Origin: Candidatus Shapirobacteria bacterium
Lineage (GTDB): Bacteria; Patescibacteriota; Microgenomatia; UBA12405
Assembly (NCBI GenBank): GCA_030698565.1
Contig: JAUYJS010000008.1
Location: 289,275-353,274, forward strand
Direction of reading: 5' to 3'
Length of the DNA stretch: 64,000 nt
Every line of letters begins with the position of its first letter. Position 1 is the first letter of the stretch. The notes below the pieces were generated by a model. That model was not told the DNA's origin. It saw only the letters and a list, made by a program, of their open reading frames with translations, and made no database searches. Both the position numbers and the translations under genes were made by a program. Below, in pieces: positions 30,844 to 39,819 of the stretch.

Positions 30844-32793
30844 ATGAAAGAAACCCAAACTAAAACAATAAAAATAATTTTAATTGCTTCCGGAATTCTA
30901 CTTATTTTTGGAGTAGTCGGGTTTTTAACATATCAATATTGGTCTCCTTTAGGTAAAAAAATAACAACTTCAATGAAGCTTCCTGGGGCCAAAGAAGTGG
31001 CTAACATCGACACCACTAGCCCTACGGGTGGTTTCAAACTTCCTAGTCAAGTCATTACCTCTCAAGCCGCTCGTTTTCCCCTCGACATTAAATCTTCCAA
31101 TATTGAAAATATTCATGCCATTATCAAATTCAAAAAAGGGCCAAAGGAAATCAGATTGGGTATTCGGGGTGATGAAAAAGATAAGTATGTCTACAAACCC
31201 TTTTATCAAACATTTATCCAAGATGCCCAAAAATGGGAACAAATCAAGGGAACTAGTAATATTTTGTATCAAAGAAATAAAAAATATGATTCTATCGTTG
31301 ATTTAATCAACACTCCTCCAGACAAAGAAAAAATTGGCGCCTATTTTGTCAATGCCGAAACTTTAGTAAAAAATACTCCTACAAAAATCGAACCCAATAC
31401 TATTATTAACACTTATCTCCGGGGTACCCATACTTTTTATGTTTGGGTCGATTCCGCTCCGTTTACTTTAAAGGTTAGTAAACAAGACATAAATATGTAT
31501 GATGGAGAAGATAAATTGAAAATAGCTGTTTATAAAGAAAATAAAAAAATAACTGAAAAAGAAATTCCTGATGATGGCATGGCAGGCAAGACTTTACTTA
31601 AAAGAGACTCTCAAACCGAAAAGGTTGAATTGACCGATATTACCCCTGGGATTTATCGGGTAGATATTGTTTCAGACAGTAAAGGTGGTGACACTCTTAT
31701 TACCCGTATCGAGACAAATCAACAAAAAATTATTGCCAAAAGGCTGTTTATTTTAGACAAGAAACCGAGCAATATATACACCGACGCCACCAATCTTACT
31801 GCTCAAATTGCCCACAAAGGATATTTGGATTCCATCAAAATCAATGATAAATATGAAATTAAAATTCTCGAAGTCGGCAAAAAAGTAACTACTGATGTAG
31901 AAGCCCTAACTAAATCAAACTATAATAGTAAAAATCTCTACAAAATAAGTTCGGCCAAAAACGATATCGTCTATACAAGCGACAGTTATTTTGCCTTTTC
32001 ACCAGACCAGTTTTTTAATCCGGAAATAATCAAGAAAACAGAACTAAATACCGTTGAAAGTTTGGATGATATTGATTATATCCTCACTACTTTGACACCT
32101 GCTCGTCAGGAAGGGGATTGGCTTGTGTCTGAAATTAATTTCGACCCAAAAGATTTAAATATTACTGGCAACAAATTATATTTTTCCCTGGAAAGTCCTG
32201 AATTAGCTAAATTCGGTGGAGAACTAGAAATAGAAAGCTTCGAAGTTAATATCGATTACACCGGCGCTTTAGAAAAATTTGTCAAAGCACCAATTATTAA
32301 TCCCACACCAGAAAAGAGAGGTTTTGTTGATAAAATAATGGATTTTTTTAAAAATATACTTAAAAAGAACCAGCCAATTACTTCGACAAATACCCCGACT
32401 CCCACAACCACCCTTGCACTAAAAATAACACCAACAGCCATAGCCACACCCAGCACAAAAATTACCCCCACAATTACCGCCACACCAAGTTCCAAATTAA
32501 CACCAACCTCCACCACCAATAAATCCGTAAAAATTAAAGTTCTAAACGCCGGGGCGTCCGCTGGCGCCGCCGCTCGTTATGCCACACTATTGAAGACTGC
32601 TGGTTACTCGAACACCGAAGCCGGAAATTATGATGGCAGCGATATAAAAAATTGCACAATCACTTATCCGGAAAAATATATTTCAACAGCTACTGATATT
32701 GAAAAAATTTTAAAAACCGAATACAAAACCGTAAACCGGGCGATTAATTATAAGGACGATCAAATTACTATCAATATCGGCGCCATTAATTAA
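30844..32793 (+). CDS. Membrane-anchored extracellular protein with T/P-rich linker and C-terminal LytR_C-like domain
   Basis: N-terminal TM; TPT-rich linker; IKVLNAG...GAA...A..L...GY.....N and final I.I.IG. Confidence 0.7.
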   Translation: MKETQTKTIKIILIASGILLIFGVVGFLTYQYWSPLGKKITTSMKLPGAKEVANIDTTSPTGGFKLPSQVITSQAARFPLDIKSSNIENIHAIIKFKKGPKEIRLGIRGDEKDKYVYKPFYQTFIQDAQKWEQIKGTSNILYQRNKKYDSIVDLINTPPDKEKIGAYFVNAETLVKNTPTKIEPNTIINTYLRGTHTFYVWVDSAPFTLKVSKQDINMYDGEDKLKIAVYKENKKITEKEIPDDGMAGKTLLKRDSQTEKVELTDITPGIYRVDIVSDSKGGDTLITRIETNQQKIIAKRLFILDKKPSNIYTDATNLTAQIAHKGYLDSIKINDKYEIKILEVGKKVTTDVEALTKSNYNSKNLYKISSAKNDIVYTSDSYFAFSPDQFFNPEIIKKTELNTVESLDDIDYILTTLTPARQEGDWLVSEINFDPKDLNITGNKLYFSLESPELAKFGGELEIESFEVNIDYTGALEKFVKAPIINPTPEKRGFVDKIMDFFKNILKKNQPITSTNTPTPTTTLALKITPTAIATPSTKITPTITATPSSKLTPTSTTNKSVKIKVLNAGASAGAAARYATLLKTAGYSNTEAGNYDGSDIKNCTITYPEKYISTATDIEKILKTEYKTVNRAINYKDDQITINIGAIN

Positions 32794-32801
32794 TAGGAAA
32801 A

Positions 32802-33773
32802 ATGAAAATTGTTATCATTCTGCTAAAGCAATTATTTACATTTTCACTGGTTTTTTATTTGATTCTTTTTCTTTTGGAAACACTTTTTCCCGGTTTTGTC
32901 TCTGATGTTTTTTCATTGAATTGGGTTCTGGGAGGCGTACTGATATTGGGGATAATCTCGGCTTTTTTACCCGAAGATGAAGATCAAACCGAACAAGACA
33001 ATCAAAACAATAAGCCAGCCATTTTTGATTATGTTTTTGCAGTTGCTTTGGGAATAATTGGCGCCACTTTGATTTTCTGGAAAGTTAAATTAGACAATGA
33101 ATATCTTCACTGGTTAATCAGTGCCTTATCGGGTCTTTTAATTATGTTTATGGGAGTAATCGTTTTAATAATGCCCGACCAAGACGAAGAAGCTGAAATA
33201 ATAGTTGAAAGCGAAGCTGATTGGAAATATCAAATTAAAAATTTAAATTTTAAAAAATTATTAGTTTCCAAGATTCAATTGCCAGTCAGTTTTGTAGTTA
33301 TTTTTATTCTTCTGACCAGTTTGTTTATTATCCAAAAACCAAAAACCAAATTGGTGGTTCAAAATATTAACCCAGTTACACCCATACCCAATGTTTCCGA
33401 AACCCCAACTCCTACTCAAAAAGAATTACCTCCGGTTGACCCTGCACTGAAAATATTTGTTATCAATGGCGGCGCCGAAAAAGGCGAGGCCAAAAGAATA
33501 GCTTCAATTTTTACCAAAAAAGGTTATAAAAACGTCGAGGCGAAAGACAGCCCAAAGCAAGACTATAAAGATACTATAATTGAATTTACCGCCGCAGAAT
33601 CTGCCCAAGCCGATATTGTCGAAGATGTTATGATGGAACAATATTTTATTGTTAATAGGTCGCCACTAGCTACCGACTCAGCCCAAATAAATGTCATACT
33701 TGGTGCTCAAGCCATGCCCGAAGACGATTCTTTGCCCAATCCCGACGAAAATTTCGATTTCTTTTTCAACTAA
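32802..33773 (+). CDS. Membrane protein with C-terminal LytR_C-like domain
   Basis: About 5 TMs; IFVINGG...GEA..IA..F...GY, INVILG. Confidence 0.7.
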   Translation: MKIVIILLKQLFTFSLVFYLILFLLETLFPGFVSDVFSLNWVLGGVLILGIISAFLPEDEDQTEQDNQNNKPAIFDYVFAVALGIIGATLIFWKVKLDNEYLHWLISALSGLLIMFMGVIVLIMPDQDEEAEIIVESEADWKYQIKNLNFKKLLVSKIQLPVSFVVIFILLTSLFIIQKPKTKLVVQNINPVTPIPNVSETPTPTQKELPPVDPALKIFVINGGAEKGEAKRIASIFTKKGYKNVEAKDSPKQDYKDTIIEFTAAESAQADIVEDVMMEQYFIVNRSPLATDSAQINVILGAQAMPEDDSLPNPDENFDFFFN

Positions 33774-33826
33774 AAAATAACGCCCTCTACAACCTGTCAA
33801 TTTTTTTAAAAAATCACATCCACATT

Positions 33827-33854
33827 GTAGGGGCGATTCATGAATCGCCCCTAC
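33827..33854. repeat. REP: perfect 28-bp palindrome GTAGGGGCGATTCATGAATCGCCCCTAC
   Basis: Read directly; GTAG...CTAC ends of RAYT-type REPs; half-site remnant CGCCCTCTAC at about 33781-33790. Confidence 0.9.
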
Positions 33855-34601
33855 CTGTTTGTTACCTGTAATCTGAAAAATGCAATTTGTTTTTACACAG
33901 ACGGGTCGCGACCTGTAAAACAAATTCGTCGTTTTTGGGATGAAAATCAACCGTACGATAAAATCGTACGGTTAAAATTAATTGCATCCGATGGCAAAAT
34001 ACGTTTTACTGACTGTGCTGACACAGAAACAATTTTTCGTTTAATTCAATCAATTCCTTCACCTAAGGCCGAACCGTTTAAATTATGGTTGGCCAAAGTT
34101 GGCCACGAAAGGTTAAAAGAAATTGTAGATCCAGAAATTTCCCTAAACAGAGCTAGGGAAAATTGGAAATCAATGGGACATTCGACGAAATGGATTGAAC
34201 AAAGAATGCGAGGTCAAGAAATAAGAAATAAATTAACTGATTATTGGGCTAACCATAAAATTGAGGAGCAAGAAGAATTTGCCATTCTCACAAACATAAT
34301 TCACAAAGAATGGACTGGTCTAACAGTCAAAGAACATAAAAATTTAAAAAATCTCAAAGGTCATAATTTACGAGATAATATGACCGACGCTGAATTACTA
34401 TTTACTTCCCTGGCCGAACTGACTACACACAAAATAGCGGAGAATGAAAAAGCAATTGGTTTTAATAAAAATGCCATTTCTGCCCAAAAAGGTGGCCGTT
34501 ATACCAAAAAAGCTAAGGAAAATTTTGAAAAATTAACCAACAGTAAAGTAATAAATAAACAAAACTATTTACCATCAAAAAACATTAAAAAGATTAAATA
34601 A
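33840..34601 (+). CDS. Bro-N domain (antirepressor-like) protein with a damaged N-terminus; possible pseudogene
   Basis: LKL.ASDGK.R.TD.A......RLIQSIPSPKAEPFK.WLA.VG.ER, R..LTD.W, NLRDNM...EL.F..LAE; the only upstream ATG lies inside the REP. Confidence 0.75.
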   Translation: MNRPYLFVTCNLKNAICFYTDGSRPVKQIRRFWDENQPYDKIVRLKLIASDGKIRFTDCADTETIFRLIQSIPSPKAEPFKLWLAKVGHERLKEIVDPEISLNRARENWKSMGHSTKWIEQRMRGQEIRNKLTDYWANHKIEEQEEFAILTNIIHKEWTGLTVKEHKNLKNLKGHNLRDNMTDAELLFTSLAELTTHKIAENEKAIGFNKNAISAQKGGRYTKKAKENFEKLTNSKVINKQNYLPSKNIKKIK

Positions 34602-34680
34602 TCTCCAGTAAATCTAGAAATCAGACAAAATATAATCAAGGGCAATTAATAAAAATAACAGTATGTTATAGTGAAAAGTA

Positions 34681-36063
34681 ATGATATTTTGGATACTCAT
34701 TTTTTTTCTAGGTCTTAGACTCTATCCCTATTTTTTTTCCTCTCTTCCCCTCGGTTACGACGCTGGACTTTATTTATATTTGTTCAAAAAATTTTCATTG
34801 TTTTCTGTCTTTTCTTTTACCTCACTGCCCTCATGGCTAATCGAATCCTTTCAACCAGGCATAGCTTTTATTTCTCGTTTTTTGGATAATTTTATTTCTC
34901 CAGAAAAGCAATTAATCCCTTTAATTGTTTTTTTTAACGCTCTACTTTTATTTTCTATCTATTTATTTTCCAAAAAACTTTGGAACAATAAAACCGCTCT
35001 TTGGACAGCTTTAATCTTTACTTGTTCGGCCATTCAATATCGATTTTATTGGTATTTTTATCTAAAAAATATCGCCTCCCTATCCTTTCTGTTTTTTGCC
35101 TTCACTCTTTTTTTATCCCAATCATATTGGGCCTTAATTTTTACGATTTTAGTGGCTTATTTTCACCAGCAAACCGCCGTTTTTATGCTACTTATTATAT
35201 TATTTTTAGCAATTTTTCAAAAAAAACAACGCATTTATTATTCAACAATTTTTGTTGGTACCATAATAGCCGCTTTTCCCTATTATTTTAGTACCTTCAA
35301 CAATAGTCTTTTGCCTCTAATTCAACCAATTTTAAATGGATTTAAACCGCAAGCCCTGGGCGGTACCTTAGGTATTCCTTCTGGTACTTTTTATAATTTT
35401 TATACATCATTACTATTATCTCTGCCTTATTTAATTCCCGGAATTTATGGTTTTTTTGTTCTTATTCGACAACCCAAATATTATTTAATTACTATTCCTT
35501 TTTTAATCACATCAGCCATCGTTATTTTTAATTTATTTTTTGCCCGTCGCTTCATTCCTTTTTGGGATATATTTTTAATTATTTTAGCCGGTTATGGAAT
35601 CACTAAATTTTTTGATGATCGTAAATCCTTATTTTCAAAAAAAATATTTTCTTTTTTATATATAGCCGGTATATTAATTTTTATCTCTATTTTTATTTAC
35701 AAAACAGGCAAGCCATTAATTGATCCCGAGGAAATCACAGAGATAAGCCAATTAAACGAAACCGAAAACAATGCTTCCATTTTAGTCACCGATGAAAAAT
35801 ATACTTCTTGGGTTTATGGCTGGTCAAATCGCACCACAATTGCGCCTGGTTTTGGGGAGAATGATATATATTGGACCGAAAACGATTGGCAACAATTTTG
35901 GCTGAGTGATGATAGGCAAATTGAAAAAAATCTTTTATTAAAACTTCCCAAACCACTCTATATATATAATGGTGACCGCCGTCGTCAAATTAAAACCACA
36001 TTTGAAGGGGACTGTTTTGAAAGAATTAATTGGCGGACCTATAAATTCATTTGCGATAATTAG
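34681..36063 (+). CDS. Polytopic membrane protein, probable GT-C glycosyltransferase
   Basis: PLGYD.G.Y motif after the first TM, about 11 TMs, soluble C-terminal domain. Confidence 0.62.
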   Translation: MIFWILIFFLGLRLYPYFFSSLPLGYDAGLYLYLFKKFSLFSVFSFTSLPSWLIESFQPGIAFISRFLDNFISPEKQLIPLIVFFNALLLFSIYLFSKKLWNNKTALWTALIFTCSAIQYRFYWYFYLKNIASLSFLFFAFTLFLSQSYWALIFTILVAYFHQQTAVFMLLIILFLAIFQKKQRIYYSTIFVGTIIAAFPYYFSTFNNSLLPLIQPILNGFKPQALGGTLGIPSGTFYNFYTSLLLSLPYLIPGIYGFFVLIRQPKYYLITIPFLITSAIVIFNLFFARRFIPFWDIFLIILAGYGITKFFDDRKSLFSKKIFSFLYIAGILIFISIFIYKTGKPLIDPEEITEISQLNETENNASILVTDEKYTSWVYGWSNRTTIAPGFGENDIYWTENDWQQFWLSDDRQIEKNLLLKLPKPLYIYNGDRRRQIKTTFEGDCFERINWRTYKFICDN

Positions 36064-36113
36064 CCGCTTATTCTGCTATAATATTCAAGTTTATTGAATA
36101 AAATTTAAATAAA

Positions 36114-37118
36114 ATGGATCTAAAAAAATTACCTAAAACTGAATTCGCAGTCGCAGTTGCTCAAATTGCCGGCGAGAGAAATATCGACGTCCAATCAATA
36201 TTGGATTCAATTGAAATGGGATTAATTTCTGCTTACAAACGCGATCAAAAAGAGCACGGTGTGATTATTGCTGAAGAAGAACAATTTACCGTAGAATTAG
36301 CTCCAGAAACTGGTTCTTTCAAAGTTTACAATATAAAAGAAGATGGTAAAAAAACAGATGTAACTCCTCCTGGCTTTGGTCGCATCGCCGCCCAAACTGC
36401 CAAACAGGTAATTGATCAAAGAATTCGCGAAGTTGAAAAGGAAGTAATTATTACTGAGTTTGAAAAGAAAGTCAGTAATTTAATTATTGGAGTTATCTTG
36501 CGCGCTGATCCTTATAAACTTACTGTTGGTATTGGTAAAACCGAAGGTATTTGTCCCAAAGACGAACAAATCAAAGGTGAAATGTTACCCCTCGGATCCA
36601 AAAAACTTTTCTTATTAAAAGGCATCGTCAAAGACGAAATGGAAAAAAGCGAAATAATTTTATCCAGAAGGGATCCTGAATTTGTTAAGCAATTATTTGT
36701 TCGCGAAGTTCCAGAAGTTGGTAGTGGCTCGGTAACTATTGAAAAAATTGCCCGATCTGCTGGCGAAAGAACTAAAGTTGCTGTGTCTTCGCAACAACCA
36801 GGAGTTGATCCTGTTGGTTCATGTATTGGTCAAAAAGGCAGTAGAATTCAATCAATTTTAAGCGAATTGCCTTCAGATGAAAAAGTCGACGTAGTTGCTT
36901 ATTCTCCAAATATCAATCAATTCATTATTCAATCTTTGTCTCCAGCTCAAAACGTAAAAGTAGAATCAATTAAAGACGGTGTTGCTATGGTTTCGGTTCC
37001 TGAAAATCAATTGGCATTAGCTATTGGTGGTGGTGGGGAAAATGTTCGGTTAGCTGGTTTGTTAACTGATTTGGAAATCAAAATTATTCAGGCCCAAGAA
37101 CCTGTTGCCAGCAAATAA
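36114..37118 (+). CDS. nusA: Transcription termination factor NusA
   Basis: FGRIAAQTAKQV, EVPE, R.AGERTKVAV, DPVGSCIG.KG.R, LALAIG..G.NVRLA; TGcTATAAT promoter near 36074. Confidence 0.96.
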   Translation: MDLKKLPKTEFAVAVAQIAGERNIDVQSILDSIEMGLISAYKRDQKEHGVIIAEEEQFTVELAPETGSFKVYNIKEDGKKTDVTPPGFGRIAAQTAKQVIDQRIREVEKEVIITEFEKKVSNLIIGVILRADPYKLTVGIGKTEGICPKDEQIKGEMLPLGSKKLFLLKGIVKDEMEKSEIILSRRDPEFVKQLFVREVPEVGSGSVTIEKIARSAGERTKVAVSSQQPGVDPVGSCIGQKGSRIQSILSELPSDEKVDVVAYSPNINQFIIQSLSPAQNVKVESIKDGVAMVSVPENQLALAIGGGGENVRLAGLLTDLEIKIIQAQEPVASK

Positions 37119-37152
37119 CCTTTAAAACGACTGTTACTTTCAGCCGTCAGAA

Positions 37153-37180
37153 GACCCAGCCGCAGCTGGGTCAATTTATT
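37153..37180 (+). terminator. Hairpin GACCCAGC-CGCA-GCTGGGTC with weak U-tract between nusA and infB
   Basis: Perfect 8-bp stem followed by AATTTATT. Confidence 0.5.
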
Positions 37181-37194
37181 ACTTTAATTAAATT

Positions 37195-38643
37195 ATGGAA
37201 GTAAAAACGACTATTAAGCTTCGTCCGCCAATTGTAGCAGTCATGGGTCATATCGATCATGGTAAAACTTCACTTTTGGACAAAATCAGATCTACCAATA
37301 TTTGGCGAAAAGAAGCCGGTGGAATTACTCAGCACATCGGCGCCTATCAGGCCGTAGTCAAACAAAAAGACAATCAGGACAAACTAATTACTTTTATCGA
37401 TACTCCCGGCCATGCCGCTTTTATCAATATGCGCGCTCGCGGTGCCAAAGTTACCGATCTTGTAGTTTTGGTAATTGCTGCCACCGAAGGTGTCATGCCC
37501 CAAACTAAAGAATGTTTAGATCATATTAAAAGAGCTAATCTACCTTTCATCGTTGCTATGAATAAAATGGATCTCGACGGTGCTTTGCCCGATAAAGTAA
37601 AAGGTCAATTGGTTGAGTTGGGTTACACTCCCGAAGAATACGGTGGTCAAATTCCCATAATTCCAGTCTCGGCCAAAACAGGCAAAGGTATCGAAGAGCT
37701 TCTGGAACTAATCTTACTTCATGCCGAAATTATGGAATTAACATCAGAAGTTGAATCACCCATGGAAGCAGTTGTTATCGAATCCAGATTAGATAAAGCT
37801 AAAGGTCCGGTTGCCTCAGCTATTGTTAGAAAAGGAATTCTTCATTTAGGCGACATAGTTTATGCCGAAAATATCAGTGGCAAAGTCAAAGCATTGGTCG
37901 ATTTTACCGGCAAGAATATAAAAGAAGCCCCACCTAGCACTCCAGTAGAAATTTTGGGTTTTGAAAAGCCACCAGTTGTTGGTAGTGTTATCTCTTTAGA
38001 AAAAACAGAATATAAGCCGCCAGAAAACAAAGTTGAACCAATTAAAGTAGCTTCTAATTTAGAAGAAGAGCCTAAGCTTCGGGTTATTATCAAAGCCGAT
38101 GTCGAGGGTACTCTCGAGGCATTAATGAATAGTTTTAGTGATGATGTTCAGGTAATTTTGTCCGGTGTTGGCCCTGTCTTAGATAATGATATCTTTATTG
38201 CCGAAACTTCCAAGGCTGAAATTTTTGCCTTCAATGTTCAAGTGCCCAAATTTATTCAAAAACTAGCTGAAAATCAAAAAGTTAAAATCTTTGAGTCCAA
38301 AATAATCTATGAAATCATTGAAAATATTCAGACTCAAGTATTAAAACTCCTAGAGCCAACCATAGATGAAAACATTACTGGTGAAGGTGAAATTATCGCT
38401 GAATTTAAAATTGAAAAAGTTCGCATTGCTGGTATTCATTGCACCAAAGGTGAACTGAACAAAGGGGACATGATTCATTTAAAAAGAGACGGTAAAATTA
38501 TAAAAGATACTAAAATAGAAGGTATTCATCAAGCCAAACAAATCATCGAAAAGGTGAAGGTTGGTGCCGAATGTGGCATCACTTTTAAGCCTTATGTTGA
38601 TTTTAAACTAAACGATGTTATAATAGCCTATAACAAGTCTTAA
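37195..38643 (+). CDS. infB: Translation initiation factor IF-2 (short, no N-terminal domain)
   Basis: [38 protein letters not shown]. Confidence 0.96.
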   Translation: MEVKTTIKLRPPIVAVMGHIDHGKTSLLDKIRSTNIWRKEAGGITQHIGAYQAVVKQKDNQDKLITFIDTPGHAAFINMRARGAKVTDLVVLVIAATEGVMPQTKECLDHIKRANLPFIVAMNKMDLDGALPDKVKGQLVELGYTPEEYGGQIPIIPVSAKTGKGIEELLELILLHAEIMELTSEVESPMEAVVIESRLDKAKGPVASAIVRKGILHLGDIVYAENISGKVKALVDFTGKNIKEAPPSTPVEILGFEKPPVVGSVISLEKTEYKPPENKVEPIKVASNLEEEPKLRVIIKADVEGTLEALMNSFSDDVQVILSGVGPVLDNDIFIAETSKAEIFAFNVQVPKFIQKLAENQKVKIFESKIIYEIIENIQTQVLKLLEPTIDENITGEGEIIAEFKIEKVRIAGIHCTKGELNKGDMIHLKRDGKIIKDTKIEGIHQAKQIIEKVKVGAECGITFKPYVDFKLNDVIIAYNKS

Positions 38644-38682
38644 GTTATACAAAAGACTTTTTCTAATTGGAGCAGGCCAAAT

Positions 38683-39450
38683 ATGAAAAACTATAATGTT
38701 GATTCCATCAAAAACTTACTTACCAACGCTAAAACAGCATTAATTGCGGTTCCCCAGATGAACGTGGATAGTATCGGTGCTGCTTTGAGCTTAGCCCTAT
38801 CTCTCAAAAAATCTAAAAATATAAATGTTAAAGTTTTTTGTCCTCAAAAACCGGACGCTAATTATTCTAAATTAAGTGGCTTGGATCTTTTGACCGACAC
38901 TTTTCAAATTAACGACTTTGTAATTTCTTTAAATTATCCCTCGGAACAAGTTGAATTTGTAACTTATAACGATGATGGCGGTAAATTAAATTTTGTAATT
39001 AAAACCAAACCAGACGCTCCCAAAATTGAAAACGACAAAATCGTTCTCAACAACGAAAGTTCCGCCGACATTTCATTTATGCTCGGTGACGAAAGCTCAC
39101 TTAGTGCCAACAGTGGCATGGTCAACAAAGGTAATTGGGTATTTGTTTCTCCAATCAATGTGTCCAAGTCTTGGGCCAAAGCCTCAATTATCGATGCCGA
39201 CGCTCCTTTTTCTGAAATTTTCACTTTTTTAATTCCTATGTTGGATCTTAAGTTAGATACCGAATCCGCCAAGGATTTGTTGATCGGACTTAGAGTTGCT
39301 ACTCAATCTTTTTCTGTCAATGTTTCTCCTGAAACATTTGAAGCTGGAGCGGTTTGTCTCCGGGCTACCCAATCAAACGATATTACCAGTCAAATAAATA
39401 CTACTCCCATAGAAGCGGTTGAAAAGCCATCCTCTGTCTCCGCGATCTAA
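38683..39450 (+). CDS. Degenerate DHH/NrnA-like protein
   Basis: N-terminal D.IGAALSL motif and L..GL...TQSF....SPETFE..A.CL; no DHH triad; sits in the usual nrnA position. Confidence 0.55.
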   Translation: MKNYNVDSIKNLLTNAKTALIAVPQMNVDSIGAALSLALSLKKSKNINVKVFCPQKPDANYSKLSGLDLLTDTFQINDFVISLNYPSEQVEFVTYNDDGGKLNFVIKTKPDAPKIENDKIVLNNESSADISFMLGDESSLSANSGMVNKGNWVFVSPINVSKSWAKASIIDADAPFSEIFTFLIPMLDLKLDTESAKDLLIGLRVATQSFSVNVSPETFEAGAVCLRATQSNDITSQINTTPIEAVEKPSSVSAI

Positions 39451-39455
39451 ATTCA

Positions 39456-39540
39456 TGCTATAATAACCACCGTAACTATTGACTGGTTAAGCAGTAGCCA
39501 TTCTGCTTTATTATTTTTTACCAGTTTATAGCTAAATTTT
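39456..39540 (+). promoter_or_regulatory. rpsO promoter (TGcTATAAT 39456-39464) and structured 5' leader (candidate S15 autoregulatory element)
   Basis: Nested stems CTAT/ATAG, ACTGGT/ACCAGT (39482-87/39520-25), AAGCAG/CTGCTT (39489-94/39503-08). Confidence 0.6.
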
Positions 39541-39810
39541 ATGGCATTAACCAAAGAAGAAAAACAGGAGATACTTAAAAAGTTTTCCCAAGCAAAAGAC
39601 GATACCGGTTCCCCGGAAATTCAAATTGCTATTTTAAGCAAGGAAGTCGAGAAATTACAACAGCATTTGACTGAAAATAAACACGATTCTCCCGCCAAAA
39701 GAGGAATTTTAACTAAAATTGCCAAAAGACGACGCTTATTGCGTTATCTTTCAATTCACACAGTCGACAGATATAATAAAGTTATAAAAGAATTAGGTCT
39801 TAAAAAATAA
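39541..39810 (+). CDS. rpsO: 30S ribosomal protein S15
   Basis: DTGSPEIQIAIL, H...NKHD...KRG......KRRRLL.YL. Confidence 0.97.
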   Translation: MALTKEEKQEILKKFSQAKDDTGSPEIQIAILSKEVEKLQQHLTENKHDSPAKRGILTKIAKRRRLLRYLSIHTVDRYNKVIKELGLKK

Positions 39811-39819
39811 GGGATTTTT

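Noticed and set aside
32375-32520. Repetitive ACCCC/ACACC-rich DNA
   Set aside because: Explained by a Thr/Pro-rich protein linker; not a DNA-level repeat system.
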